Origin: a virus
DNA: 64,000 nt
Reading direction: 5' to 3' (one strand)
IMG/VR virus record: IMGVR_UViG_3300031133_000426
Part shown: positions 19,033-29,795 of the stretch, piece after piece
Layout: every line of letters begins with the position of its first letter
Position numbering within the stretch: the stretch's first letter is position 1
Translations under genes and position numbers: made by a program
Notes under the pieces: generated by a model
Told to the model about the DNA's origin: nothing
Seen by the model: the letters and a program-made list of their open reading frames with translations, nothing else
Database searches by the model: none

Positions 19033-19608
19033 ATGACCACTCTCAATGTTGGCAATCTCTCACAAATCGAATCCAGCAATAGTTTGCATACACAATTGAG
19101 TAAAATCCATCGAGCCATTGAGCAGGCTTTGCAAAAAATTGACAATTCCTCAGTTTTTGTTCCGCGAAACTATCTTTTGACCTTGCGTTGGAAAGAGGCT
19201 TTGCTTACGTTTTCTGTGAGTTCTCAGGATGTGTCTTTTGGTATCTTTAAGCTGAGTGATGCTCTTAAAAAACTAGGACTTCCAGATTTTCAGACAATTG
19301 CCATGTCGGCTGAAACGGATCGTACTAGCCTTTCTAATCATCTAGACGATATGTCCTCTGATGTATTGACTATCAAAGGCAGTGAAATTCGTTTTCGTGC
19401 CCAACATGTTATTAAACCGGCTCAACCGGGTCAAGAACATCTGAATAAATGGTCTAATTTGTCTGATGATGTATCCATCGTGGTTACTCGCTTGCCTGAA
19501 AATTCAGAAGATCGTAAAGCGGCTGAACAGTCTCATTTGCAGGATGTTTTGAATCGTATTAATGGCGTTTCTGTAGATCAAGATGGAAATATCACTTTCA
19601 ACGTATAA
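19033..19608 (+). CDS. hypothetical, IKGSxIR family member 3
   Basis: IKGSEIR...LSDDVSIVVTRLP...DGNITFNV. Confidence 0.75.
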   Translation: MTTLNVGNLSQIESSNSLHTQLSKIHRAIEQALQKIDNSSVFVPRNYLLTLRWKEALLTFSVSSQDVSFGIFKLSDALKKLGLPDFQTIAMSAETDRTSLSNHLDDMSSDVLTIKGSEIRFRAQHVIKPAQPGQEHLNKWSNLSDDVSIVVTRLPENSEDRKAAEQSHLQDVLNRINGVSVDQDGNITFNV

Positions 19609-19678
19609 ATTGCTTGTCTAAATAGCAGTTTTTTGGTAGAATAGCTTCATCAAATCAACGACTCAAAGGATACTCAAA

Positions 19679-20293
19679 ATGACTAAGACTACCGTTCTCA
19701 ACCATTCGGCAATGGCTCTCAAACTGCGTAGCATCTTTAATGCCAACAAGGAAATGAAGGCTGTTTCGAAAATGCTTACCCAAGAGTTTACTCTTGCAAA
19801 GACCGAAGATCCTACTGTCATGAGCCTTGTCATGAAAAATGGCGAAACTCAAGCCGTCAACATCATTGATAATCGCTTTGCTGTTATCAGCTATGCCAAA
19901 CCGAAAGGTGGCAAGAATGACACTATCTTTTTGAACAAGACTGTTGCCATGACTTCACTGTCTGCTAACAAGGTCGTTGTGGTGGACCTGTTGAATCGTA
20001 CGGTTGAAAACGGCGATTTGTTCGCTGGTTTCAAATTGGCGGATGGTTCCAATGTTGCTGTTAATTACCTGTTGGGTACTGCTTTGAAACTGGTGGCTGT
20101 TCGCAACTATATCAACCACACTCAACTTTACGTGGTAGAAATGGGTGAAAAAACTGTAGTGGCTGACAACATCAAAGCTGTACGTGCCTTCATTAACGGT
20201 GAAATCAAATCACTGGAAGACACCTTCTCGGAAGCCAATGTCAAAAGCTTTGAAGTTGACATGGAAACTGCTTTGGCGGGTGTTGCTGCCTGA
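19679..20293 (+). CDS. hypothetical protein, probably highly expressed
   Basis: AAGGA SD; codon use typical of cassette genes; own terminator. Confidence 0.8.
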   Translation: MTKTTVLNHSAMALKLRSIFNANKEMKAVSKMLTQEFTLAKTEDPTVMSLVMKNGETQAVNIIDNRFAVISYAKPKGGKNDTIFLNKTVAMTSLSANKVVVVDLLNRTVENGDLFAGFKLADGSNVAVNYLLGTALKLVAVRNYINHTQLYVVEMGEKTVVADNIKAVRAFINGEIKSLEDTFSEANVKSFEVDMETALAGVAA

Positions 20294-20415
20294 GTCTCTA
20301 CAATTTGCTTGATTACCCGGACTTGCTTCCGGGTTTTTTTATTTAAAAATTAGTTTTTTATGGACATATCACTTGGTTTTGGGTATAATAGCCTATCTAT
20401 ATAAATGGTTGACTT

Positions 20416-20946
20416 ATGTACCTTCATATTCAAGACACTTTTACTCACATTAAAAAGCGTAAAATCACTCACGCTCAACGTGAAGTTGTTGATGCCTTGG
20501 AAATGTTGTACAAGGAAACTTGTGACGTTCGACGGGAAATTAATCAAGCTCTACATACTTTTTGCCCGGTTCAGTTGGGGTTGCGTAAAAAAGTATTGGT
20601 TCGTTTGATTGCAGTTCGTAACCATATTCGCAAAGTATTGGTCGATAATTTCCAGCTTGAAATCAATACGGCTAAAGCACGTCATGTGACTGAAATTATT
20701 CAAAAGCCTTCATGGTATGGTGAATTTGACGCTTTTGTATTGTCAGAATGCGAACACCTTTGCAAGATCAGGCAATCGGCCACTGGATTTGATTGGCATG
20801 TGGACCATATGATTCCTCTCAAAGGTCGAAAAGCCAGTGGTTTGCATTGTGCATTGAATTTTCAAGTCATTCCGGCTTATGTAAATTTAGCCAAAAACAA
20901 TAAAAATATTATGCAGGAACATTTTGAGTGGCTTATGTTCGCTTGA
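20416..20946 (+). CDS. HNH endonuclease
   Basis: WHVDHMIPLKG...GLHCALNFQVIPAYVNLAKNN. Confidence 0.75.
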   Translation: MYLHIQDTFTHIKKRKITHAQREVVDALEMLYKETCDVRREINQALHTFCPVQLGLRKKVLVRLIAVRNHIRKVLVDNFQLEINTAKARHVTEIIQKPSWYGEFDAFVLSECEHLCKIRQSATGFDWHVDHMIPLKGRKASGLHCALNFQVIPAYVNLAKNNKNIMQEHFEWLMFA

Positions 20947-21152
20947 AACCTTTTTTTGTTGTATTAAAGGCTGTTTGCATAAAACTTATTTCTCGAAGTA
21001 CAATAACGCTTGTTATAACCAATTAATAGGTGATACAACCAATTCTATAACTCTAAACTTTTCTTGCAAAATATGTTTTTTATAAAATAAAGCATGACAG
21101 TTAGCTGCAAATCAAGTATAATTACTTCATCCTCTCCAATGAGACCATCATC

Positions 21153-21416
21153 ATGACCAAGCGATACATTGTTAGAAAAGAATCCCTCGAACTAATCACT
21201 GATCAGAAAACTTTGCCCGGTGGTTCTACTATTGTCATTTTGGCAGATGACGTTTTGGAAATTCGTAAAAAACTTGCTTTTTTCGAAACAATTGCAAAAG
21301 AGCACAAGGCATTGCTTCAAACCATTCGCTACTCTGATAATGACGAAGGTGATCATGATTCTTTTCGTGCCCGTGAAACTATCCGTGTTATCAACGAAAA
21401 GCTTGCTATAAAGTAG
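21153..21416 (+). CDS. hypothetical protein
   Basis: Cassette with promoter. Confidence 0.65.
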   Translation: MTKRYIVRKESLELITDQKTLPGGSTIVILADDVLEIRKKLAFFETIAKEHKALLQTIRYSDNDEGDHDSFRARETIRVINEKLAIK

Positions 21417-21488
21417 TTTTTTCTTGTACCCATGTGTTAATTTGTGTATAATTACCCCCACCAAACAACATAATAGAGGTTTACCAGC

Positions 21489-21857
21489 ATGGCAACTCTT
21501 CAACAACTTAACAACAAAAGCTTTTCCTACAATGAAAGCAACAAAGACCAATTTCACCGTGCAGGTAAAAAGGCACTGAAGGCATTGGCGACCAAGTTGG
21601 AACTTCCAGAAGGGTCGTTTGACGTTCGTAGCAATAAAGGTGGTATTGCTGTTTCGGGTGAAGTCACCTTGCATAGTAATAATCTGTATGTTCAGATTTC
21701 CGAATCTTTCACTGGTCGTGGTCTGCAAGTTATGTTTCGGACTTGTAAAGGTCGCAATGACTACACTGGCGGTCAAAACAACTTTGCCGACATTGAGCGT
21801 TTTGAATCGGAATCCTTTGTCAAGCAACTGAAGCAAATGAACGCTGTCACTGCTTGA
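21489..21857 (+). CDS. conserved-looking mobile-element hypothetical protein
   Basis: RSNKGGIAVSGEVTLH...YRTCKGRxDYTGG-like signature; GAGG SD. Confidence 0.7.
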   Translation: MATLQQLNNKSFSYNESNKDQFHRAGKKALKALATKLELPEGSFDVRSNKGGIAVSGEVTLHSNNLYVQISESFTGRGLQVMFRTCKGRNDYTGGQNNFADIERFESESFVKQLKQMNAVTA

Positions 21858-21992
21858 TTGTATGGCAGTCAGTTAACCCGAACTTAGTTTTCGGGTTTTT
21901 TTTGTATAAACTTATTTTTGCTTGAATAAGCTCGTTTTTTTTGTTATAATAGCTACCTATTAAATCAATCATATTGAAAAAGAGACGTTAAC

Positions 21993-22388
21993 ATGAATCA
22001 CATGGATCTTGTCAAAAAAGCAATTGAAGCTAAGGAGCATGCCTATGCACCTTACTCAAAATTTCGTGTCGGGGTTGCTTTGTTGACCAAGAAAGGTGTT
22101 TTTTTGGGGGCTAATATTGAAAATGCATCCTATTCCATGTGTACTTGTGCTGAACGCACTGCCTTTTGTGTAGCTCATATGCAAGGTTGCCGTAAAGGCG
22201 ATTATATGAGTATCACTATCAACGGAGACACTGAACAACCACTTCCACCTTGTGGGGCGTGCCGTCAATCCATGAGTGAGATTTTTGAACCTGAGACTGA
22301 GGTTATTCTTTCAAACTCCAAGGGTGAATTTAAAGTTTATAAATTCAAACAACTGATGCCTCTAACTTTTACAACTCTGGATTATTGA
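21993..22388 (+). CDS. cdd: cytidine deaminase (short, tetrameric type)
   Basis: AYAPYSKFRVG, GANIENASY, CAER, PCGACRQ. Confidence 0.93.
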   Translation: MNHMDLVKKAIEAKEHAYAPYSKFRVGVALLTKKGVFLGANIENASYSMCTCAERTAFCVAHMQGCRKGDYMSITINGDTEQPLPPCGACRQSMSEIFEPETEVILSNSKGEFKVYKFKQLMPLTFTTLDY

Positions 22389-22459
22389 TCCTCGTTTAAT
22401 TAGGTTTTCATCTAGATGAAAGCCTTTTTTATTTATCCACTTTATTAAAGAGTTATATT

Positions 22460-23122
22460 ATGACTCTTTCAATTGATGATGTTAAAGCTCTTGTAGCTGC
22501 GTATGAGCACGAAGTGACGGCGATCCGTCAAAAGATGCTGCCTGTTCCAGATGGCTTCATGATGCCTTGGAATGAATATGAAGAATATGGATCTGATCCA
22601 TTAACAGTTGATGAATTTGTTAGACTTCAAGACTTGCAACATGTGCCAGAAGAAGCTGTTGCTATGCACGCAAAGCTTGTTGAAGACTTGGCAAAATTTT
22701 CGGGTATTATTAATTCGAAAAGAAATGAAGTTGTTAAATTCAATGAAGTTTTGGACGCACAAGTAGACAAACTTTATGCTAATTTTGAACTAACACTTAA
22801 AATAATCCCGGAATCTAAACTCACCGGCTGTATCATCGTTAATAAAAGGCTTGTTCATCCAGATGATTTTGATGCATTTATCCAAATATATAAAGCAGTT
22901 GGCTTTACTCATTATATGATTAAATCCGAATCTGACTTGTTGTATTATTCTCATGCCACTGAGAACTTCAATAGTATCAAAGAAAAAATTATCGACGAAA
23001 TGCCTAAGTCTTTAAGAAAGAAATATCCAACTATTTTGAACTTTATGAAAAATAGCACGGTTAATACTAATCCTATTTATGGCAATGGCTTGTATAAATC
23101 GATGGCAGCAAAACAAGCCTGA
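22460..23122 (+). CDS. hypothetical protein
   Basis: Long ORF, own terminator. Confidence 0.7.
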   Translation: MTLSIDDVKALVAAYEHEVTAIRQKMLPVPDGFMMPWNEYEEYGSDPLTVDEFVRLQDLQHVPEEAVAMHAKLVEDLAKFSGIINSKRNEVVKFNEVLDAQVDKLYANFELTLKIIPESKLTGCIIVNKRLVHPDDFDAFIQIYKAVGFTHYMIKSESDLLYYSHATENFNSIKEKIIDEMPKSLRKKYPTILNFMKNSTVNTNPIYGNGLYKSMAAKQA

Positions 23123-23260
23123 TCTATTCAGTTTCTTAAAAAAGCATTCCAGCGATTGAGTGCTTTTTTTGTTTTCAATAAATATTGCTTTCTTGTCTTA
23201 TTTTTCTGTATAATGGCTTACTGATTTAATACATGCCCATTTATAATTAAGGATCTAGAA

Positions 23261-23860
23261 ATGAAAAATACATTGTTTAAAAAGAACCAAATCATTTCCC
23301 ATTTTGCTCGTTCATTCCTCAAACTCGATCAAGTTCAAGGAACCTATGTCGGCATGAAAGGCAATGAAAAAACATTCAACCATTTCATTATCAGTAAAGC
23401 AGATGCTGTTTGTCTTACCATGTATGACAAAGCAACAGATGAGTTTATTTTCGTGAAACAGTTCCGCACTGGGGCAGCCATGCATCTACTGGAAACAAAT
23501 CCTTGGATTTTGGAACCTGTGGCGGGTCATATTGACTTGGGTGAGGATACAATAAAGGCAGCCCAACGAGAAGGTGAGGAAGAAACTGATCTTCTGATCG
23601 ATGTTAATGACATTGTATTTTTGTCTCAGGGGTATACCAGTGCGGGTTGCTTGAATGAAATGCATCATCACTACTTTGTATATGTTGATTCCAGTCATAT
23701 TGATTTCGGGCGTTCTCATGGAATTGATAACGAAGATATTGAAATTGTAGCCATTAAGCGTGACGATACCTTGAAAATGATTGAAAGTTGCGAGATTCGT
23801 ACTTGCAGTGCTATTTTGGGGGTTTCTATGTCTATTGTGAAAGGCTTGGTGCCCGCATAA
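23261..23860 (+). CDS. NUDIX hydrolase, ADP-ribose pyrophosphatase (NudF)-like
   Basis: VKQFR...LEPVAGHIDLGEDTIKAAQREGEEETDL Nudix box; EDIEIV. Confidence 0.88.
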   Translation: MKNTLFKKNQIISHFARSFLKLDQVQGTYVGMKGNEKTFNHFIISKADAVCLTMYDKATDEFIFVKQFRTGAAMHLLETNPWILEPVAGHIDLGEDTIKAAQREGEEETDLLIDVNDIVFLSQGYTSAGCLNEMHHHYFVYVDSSHIDFGRSHGIDNEDIEIVAIKRDDTLKMIESCEIRTCSAILGVSMSIVKGLVPA

Positions 23861-23996
23861 TATTGATTATCCTTGTTAATAATGACAAGCTTCTTGTACG
23901 AAGCTTGTTGCTTAAAAAATATTTTTTTATTTAAAAAGTAGATTTTTCATTTTTTTTATAGTATAATTACTTATCTTAAACAAAAGGATATATCTC

Positions 23997-24287
23997 ATGA
24001 CAAGTCTCGCACGTACCTTTGATCAAGACAATCTGGTTGTTGTTGATAAAATCACCTTTCGCCGTATTACCGATGCTATTGAAAGTAACAGCTTTCTTTC
24101 TCTGACTCGTGATTCTACTTATAGCCGTGATCAGGCTGTTGAAATCCGAAAAAATCCTGCAGGTGTTTACCTGACGGTTGTTCATTACAGTCCTAAAGCG
24201 ATTGCTGGCACTGGGCTTAATGTTAATTATAAAGTGGATAAGGAAATTTATGCAGCTTTCTCCAAACGTCAAAATGTCGCCGTTTAA
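23997..24287 (+). CDS. hypothetical protein
   Basis: Promoter + AAGGA SD. Confidence 0.7.
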   Translation: MTSLARTFDQDNLVVVDKITFRRITDAIESNSFLSLTRDSTYSRDQAVEIRKNPAGVYLTVVHYSPKAIAGTGLNVNYKVDKEIYAAFSKRQNVAV

Positions 24288-24468
24288 TTAACTTTTTTCA
24301 TGGCCATTTTCTGTGATGTCTAGGTATAAAGTCATAGATTTGATGTTGTTGAATATCAGTTTCTCCAATAACACTTCAATAAAATGCTTAAAAATCTACT
24401 TTATGGGTAGACTGAAAAGCATTTTTTTGTTATAATGGCTCTAACACGACTCGAACAGGTTGTTAATC

Positions 24469-24951
24469 ATGAAATTACCACTGCTAAAAAATCAAAAAAT
24501 TCCCGGTATGGGCTATGTTTTTGTTCGTGAACGAAACATCGATAAACTTCATACTTTTTCTAATCATCGTCGCCTTCAAGTCTTTTTTCATAAAGGCACT
24601 CAATGTGTCACTCCCGGTTGCTGCAATATAGGCACTCGTTTGATTTTTTCACAAGACAGCCAAGGTGGCGGACACTGGGATCTGTATACCGATGATTTGT
24701 TGCTGATGACCGTTGATCACATTACCCCTAAAAAGCTGGGTGGGGCTGATGATATTGCCAACTATCAGCCTATGTGTCGCGTTTGTAACACTCGCAAAGG
24801 TCATCAAGATATTAGTCTGGAAGAACTTGCTGTTCAGGTAAAAGAAAAGTCTTCTGAACCTACTAAATCTGAACGAGCTAGATTGAGATTTATGGCTCAG
24901 CACCAATCTACTCAGCAAAAAGATGTAATTGCCGAATCTATTGCCGCTTAA
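24469..24951 (+). CDS. HNH endonuclease
   Basis: MTVDHITPKKLGGADDIANYQPMCRVCNTRKG. Confidence 0.85.
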   Translation: MKLPLLKNQKIPGMGYVFVRERNIDKLHTFSNHRRLQVFFHKGTQCVTPGCCNIGTRLIFSQDSQGGGHWDLYTDDLLLMTVDHITPKKLGGADDIANYQPMCRVCNTRKGHQDISLEELAVQVKEKSSEPTKSERARLRFMAQHQSTQQKDVIAESIAA

Positions 24952-25081
24952 TCTATTTATTGCTATCAATAAACCCGGTTCGCCGGGTTTTTGCTATTTT
25001 TTTTTTACATGGTAAACTTGCCTCATTCAACAAAAAAAAGATAATGAACAAAATACATTTCAATTATTATAGAGGCTATTT

Positions 25082-25489
25082 ATGAGTATCAGTTTAGTTG
25101 AAGGAGATGCAGTTACACTTTTAATTAATAATACGCCTATGTTTGCTTTTGTAGAAACTGCAGGTCATATTCCAAAACTTGTTGTTTACAATCCTGAAAC
25201 GGGTACTATAAAACGCTTCTCAGGCATTTCCTCAATTCATCTTGAAGAACGTCTTAAACTCTCTGTAATTGACACTAAAGATCTTCCATTACCTTTTGCA
25301 CAATTATATAATCGTCACTTTTTAAGTTATTCAAAAAATGATCATGTTGTTTTTGAACAGGATGGGCAAATATTTGAAGGTATTGTTTTAAAAGTAGGCA
25401 ATTATGTAAAGGTTAAATTTAAAAAAGATGGTAAAGACCTTACGTTTAAAGGAGAGTCCCATCTGTTCAAGCCCGTTCCGAAACTTTAA
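25082..25489 (+). CDS. hypothetical protein (possible SH3/KOW-like barrels)
   Basis: DHVVFEQDGQIFEGIVLKVGNYVKVKF. Confidence 0.55.
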   Translation: MSISLVEGDAVTLLINNTPMFAFVETAGHIPKLVVYNPETGTIKRFSGISSIHLEERLKLSVIDTKDLPLPFAQLYNRHFLSYSKNDHVVFEQDGQIFEGIVLKVGNYVKVKFKKDGKDLTFKGESHLFKPVPKL

Positions 25490-25544
25490 GCTTGAATCAT
25501 TCTTGATTTTTTGATATAATCCCATTTCACTCAGAGGATTTTTT

Positions 25545-26384
25545 ATGTTTGCTTTCATTACAAAAAAAATTGAGAACACTCATAAAAAAATAAAGCTGGC
25601 TATGTATAAGGCTGCATTTCCAAGCCATTGGTTTGCACCTGATCTTTTAGTTACTGCTTGTGGAAAGCCTTCAACATGGCTAGCATTTTCCATTGATCTT
25701 GATTATGACATTCTGCGTTATAACAGGTCTGATGTTGGTAATTTATCAGATGATAGACAATCTCTACTCATTCAATCATTTCATCACTCTAACTTTCCTG
25801 AAAAATTTGCAGTGACTTATGATGCTTTTAACTCTAAACTTGTTCAGCATATTTGTTTGGTTGCGTATATGGCTGCTTATTATATTACGCCTGCTCATGA
25901 GAAGTTGAACAAAATGTTTTTAAAGAATAATATTATTAAACTACAAAAACATGATTTTAGAAACAATGTTCACTTTAAAGCTTTCTATGATTATACTTCT
26001 ACTATACTACCGCGTGATCTTGTTTCAGAAGAAGGTGCTTGTTTTGAAACAAATGCTTATATTTTAAAACAAAAAGATAAAGAATCTATTTATATCAATG
26101 AGATATCTGTTCAATCTGTAAATAGTGAACTTGTTTGTAAGTTTAGATTTTATAAGTTTAATGACAAATTCTATTATTGCCAAGATTTCAAAGACTTTTC
26201 TCCTTTTAATGTTACTCCATTAAGTAATACAACACTATTGTCATTGTTCAAAGAAGTGGGCACAGAGTCTGATTTGTTTGCAGCTTTGATTTTGGATGTA
26301 CTCAATTTCACATCCACTGGTCATCACTTTGACTTTTTACCTACCTTGGCTGACACCATTGTTTATGATATGTATAATCAATAA
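25545..26384 (+). CDS. AT-rich hypothetical protein
   Basis: GAGGA SD; long ORF. Confidence 0.7.
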   Translation: MFAFITKKIENTHKKIKLAMYKAAFPSHWFAPDLLVTACGKPSTWLAFSIDLDYDILRYNRSDVGNLSDDRQSLLIQSFHHSNFPEKFAVTYDAFNSKLVQHICLVAYMAAYYITPAHEKLNKMFLKNNIIKLQKHDFRNNVHFKAFYDYTSTILPRDLVSEEGACFETNAYILKQKDKESIYINEISVQSVNSELVCKFRFYKFNDKFYYCQDFKDFSPFNVTPLSNTTLLSLFKEVGTESDLFAALILDVLNFTSTGHHFDFLPTLADTIVYDMYNQ

Positions 26385-26521
26385 CGTTTATAAATTCTTC
26401 TACAATAAAGCAAAATTTTCTTGCATGAGGTAGCATTACCTGATATAATCATCCTGTACTTGATTGAAAAACATCATTATCTTCAAGCATCCTTTTACGA
26501 TTGCCAACTGAGGATTTTAAA

Positions 26522-26794
26522 ATGACTGATCGAGATCTTGTACAATTGCTTCAACTTGTAAAAAATGATGAATCCGCTAAGGCGGTTGTTTCAGACCTAC
26601 TACGGGATATGATTGTTGAATTGCTTCAATCAAATTCAGAGATTCGATCTTCTGTGGTTGCTGTTATCAAAGAAGATCTGTCTTTTTCTCTGGATTGTAG
26701 TTCTTTTGTGGATTACTATTCAAATGGTTATTCACTTGTATTGTCAGTTGATGGCGAACATGTGACATCAACCAGTTTTGATGTAAGTAGGTAA
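26522..26794 (+). CDS. hypothetical protein
   Basis: GAGGA SD; terminator after stop. Confidence 0.65.
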   Translation: MTDRDLVQLLQLVKNDESAKAVVSDLLRDMIVELLQSNSEIRSSVVAVIKEDLSFSLDCSSFVDYYSNGYSLVLSVDGEHVTSTSFDVSR

Positions 26795-26911
26795 ATAAAA
26801 ACCCCTTTATTGGGGTTTTTTCTTTTTCTTTGTTTGACAAAAATAACATTTTCTTGCCTTGCCAGTAGAAATTTGTTATAATAAACCCACACTTAGACAG
26901 GAAGATGTATC

Positions 26912-27250
26912 ATGGCCCAAGCAAAACAGTTCCCAAAACTACCCGCTAAACAATTTGCAGTAGCTCTCTGCAGCAAAAATGTATGGGGTGTTATTTTTTC
27001 GGACGGTAAACAAGAAATTGAATTTGAAGATGGCAGCGTTAGTGAATGCTACACTGGCTTTGCTTGCCGTGGTACTGTAATTGCTGGTTGGGGACATAAG
27101 ACTGGCGAAACCATTATTAAAAAAGAAGGCGACCTTTGGGCTTCCCGTGATCCACATGTAGTGGCTTACCTTGAAGGTATTAACCCTGATCAGCCTATCG
27201 AAGACATCCTGATGTTGGCTCGCCATCGTTTGTCAGCACTTAACCTGTAA
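26912..27250 (+). CDS. hypothetical protein
   Basis: Cassette with promoter/SD. Confidence 0.7.
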   Translation: MAQAKQFPKLPAKQFAVALCSKNVWGVIFSDGKQEIEFEDGSVSECYTGFACRGTVIAGWGHKTGETIIKKEGDLWASRDPHVVAYLEGINPDQPIEDILMLARHRLSALNL

Positions 27251-27367
27251 TTGGTTATCCTCACTGATGTTAATTTGAAGCTTGGTAAGCGTCATTAAAA
27301 ATAAGATTTACTATTTTTTAGTTTTTTGGTATACTACACCCCTCATCGCCAATATAGGAATTTTTTC

Positions 27368-27931
27368 ATGGGCATCGCAAAATACTCACCCACCGTTAGC
27401 CTTTCCTACATGCAAGATCAGAAATGGTTTGAAAAAAATGGCGGCCACAATAATGAAGGTATTTTGAAACATAGCTTTGCTGATGACCAAGGCTATGACT
27501 CTTATGGTTATTCCGAATATACAGGTCGTGACCGGGCTGGTTTCACTGAAAATGATTATGTAGAAAACTACATTCAGAATGACTGTGAATCCCCCGTACT
27601 GGTAAACAGTGTACAGGCTCAGTGGTCTCGTTTCCAGCAATTGACTATTTTGGATATGAGTCAATTCATTCGTGACGAAATTGAAGGGAATCCAGCATTC
27701 AAGGCTCAGCATAACAGGATGGTTAAACTGGTTGAGATTGCAGAAGATTGCAAGTCTGCTTTTTATCAACTGGAAACAACTCATCGCCAACTCGGTGACG
27801 ATGCTACTTATTCCCGTCTTAAAAAAGAACTTTCTGATGTGTCAAAAGAGGTTGATAATAAGATCTCGTCTGCTTTTGACTTCCTTGAAGCCTTTTATGA
27901 GAAAAAATTGAACGAAGTCATTCAAAAATAA
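27368..27931 (+). CDS. hypothetical protein with GYDSYGY...DRAG motif
   Basis: AGGA SD before MGIAK. Confidence 0.65.
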   Translation: MGIAKYSPTVSLSYMQDQKWFEKNGGHNNEGILKHSFADDQGYDSYGYSEYTGRDRAGFTENDYVENYIQNDCESPVLVNSVQAQWSRFQQLTILDMSQFIRDEIEGNPAFKAQHNRMVKLVEIAEDCKSAFYQLETTHRQLGDDATYSRLKKELSDVSKEVDNKISSAFDFLEAFYEKKLNEVIQK

Positions 27932-28020
27932 GATTTTTCAAAAAAAGGCTTGAGATATTGGGTTCATTCCGGCATAATGGACCCATAAACACATTTTAAA
28001 CACATAGAGAAGTATATTTC

Positions 28021-28392
28021 ATGAGTGTAGCGACTACTTTAATTGCACAACTTGCGGTCAGCAATGAGCTAATTAATATCGAAAAGAATCGAGTGGCTGC
28101 AATTTCAGAACTGATGGTTAAAACTATCATTACTTCTTATCCACTCTCTACACTGATTGGTAATAATTCAGTCTACCATCAACATAGCCGGGGTAATGAC
28201 ATTGCCTTCCCAATCGCTTTGAATAAATGTAATATTGATTTCTACAATTTCTCATTGAAACCTTATAGTATGAACAAAGGAAGCGAGTTGAATGATCTGT
28301 ATTCAACTCATGTCTTTAATTCGCAATCATCCTATGTCCTGTACGTTTCTGATACTGCCTTCTTAGCCGTAGAACTTGACCCCCTTCAATAA
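28021..28392 (+). CDS. hypothetical protein
   Basis: Own promoter. Confidence 0.65.
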   Translation: MSVATTLIAQLAVSNELINIEKNRVAAISELMVKTIITSYPLSTLIGNNSVYHQHSRGNDIAFPIALNKCNIDFYNFSLKPYSMNKGSELNDLYSTHVFNSQSSYVLYVSDTAFLAVELDPLQ

Positions 28393-28463
28393 TTTAAGTT
28401 GTTGTTGATCGAAAACCTATTTTTTGCTATAATGAGTCATCACCAAGCAGAAGAGATTTTAAT

Positions 28464-28793
28464 ATGATTGATATCAACGTTGCTAAAAATGCTGCCAAAG
28501 CTGCTTTCGAAGCAAGCCGTAATCCAATTTCAATTGGCTCTGTCGGTGGTTGTGGTCGTGTCTATGTTGAGGTTCATGATGTTAACTACAAAGGCATTCG
28601 TAAAGGCTCAAAAGTGGCTAAAGCCTTTGAAGAGGCTGGTTTTCGTATGACTGAACGCCCACATCAAAGTGGTGTCCGTATTTATGTTGGTTACGATAAT
28701 GCCACTGGTAAGGAATGGAATCGTGGTGAGATTATTGCCCGTGTTTTGAAAGAAAAAGGCGTATTGGCCTATGTTGATGGCGATGGTGATTAA
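28464..28793 (+). CDS. hypothetical protein
   Basis: Cassette with promoter and terminator. Confidence 0.75.
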   Translation: MIDINVAKNAAKAAFEASRNPISIGSVGGCGRVYVEVHDVNYKGIRKGSKVAKAFEEAGFRMTERPHQSGVRIYVGYDNATGKEWNRGEIIARVLKEKGVLAYVDGDGD

Positions 28794-28896
28794 TCCATTG
28801 GTAAAAGCCTGTCTTAGATAGGCTTTTTTTTCTTTAATATCTTGTATAAATCTCTTTTTTACGGTACAATAAACCATCTTAAACGGAGAAGAATCC

Positions 28897-29352
28897 ATGT
28901 CGAAAGTTCCTGTTTTGTCCGCAGAATGTATTGGTGTTTTGGTTAATGTTATTCATTTTGCTTGCGAAACGATTCAAAAACAGCAAAAAATGTTGAATTT
29001 TGTAGAAATCCTGTCGCAACCTGAGCAGGGTGCTGTTTCGGCAAACCATATTCTTGAACGTGGCCCTATTTTCCAAAAAGAATGGTCTATTCTGGATGAA
29101 CTTTCCAAAAAACTCAGTACAGAAGTAGTTGATTTGAATGTTGTAAAATCCATCAGTTCTGATACCTTTTCTTTGCTGAATCGTTCGTTTGATAAATATG
29201 TTGAAGAAATGGTTTTTGCCGTTATTTCACTTGATCATAATGAAACAACCAAAGGGGTAGTTTCCGCATCTGCACTTGGCTTTAAAGTGATGGCAAGGAT
29301 TGAAGAAGTTCGTCGTCATTTTTCTTACTTTCGTCATTGCTATGTTTACTAA
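28897..29352 (+). CDS. hypothetical protein
   Basis: GGAG SD; own promoter. Confidence 0.7.
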   Translation: MSKVPVLSAECIGVLVNVIHFACETIQKQQKMLNFVEILSQPEQGAVSANHILERGPIFQKEWSILDELSKKLSTEVVDLNVVKSISSDTFSLLNRSFDKYVEEMVFAVISLDHNETTKGVVSASALGFKVMARIEEVRRHFSYFRHCYVY

Positions 29353-29515
29353 ATGAAATGGGTGTAAATGGGTGTGCTATTGGTTTCATCCTGCATTGTT
29401 AAATAATATGAAGACCGCCTCGGCGGTTTTTTATTTTAAAATTGTAATTTTTGTTTTGATTTTAACTCCAATTTGTTTTATAATGGCTTCATCAAAAAAG
29501 ACAGGAAGCAAAATC

Positions 29516-29746
29516 ATGGGTTATATTCAAATGACAGCTTTTGAATTTTTCAAAACTAAAAGAACTCTGTCGGCGGGCGTTTACGAGATTACTGAACACG
29601 ATGGCGAAATCAACATTGTGGAATTGAACTCGAATGGTCTTGAATCATGGTATTCTGTTAGCGAGTTTGAAGAATTGGAAGATAGTCGTCTTCAAGATCT
29701 TCGCTGGGCTAATGATGGCTGGTCTTTGGAAGAAGAGTTTGCTTGA
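29516..29746 (+). CDS. acidic small protein
   Basis: AGGA SD before MGYIQ; the upstream part of the tracked ORF is terminator/promoter sequence. Confidence 0.65.
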   Translation: MGYIQMTAFEFFKTKRTLSAGVYEITEHDGEINIVELNSNGLESWYSVSEFEELEDSRLQDLRWANDGWSLEEEFA

Positions 29747-29795
29747 AGTTATTTTTGAATACAAATAAAAAGACAGCTTGTGCTGTCTTTTTTTA

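Noticed and set aside
21192-21836. Long antisense ORFs (21192-21836, 13022-13534, 10277-10774, 60512-61222, 53271-53720 and similar)
   Set aside because: They lie opposite well-supported plus-strand cassettes, cross terminators and promoters, and lack SD; typical antisense shadows.
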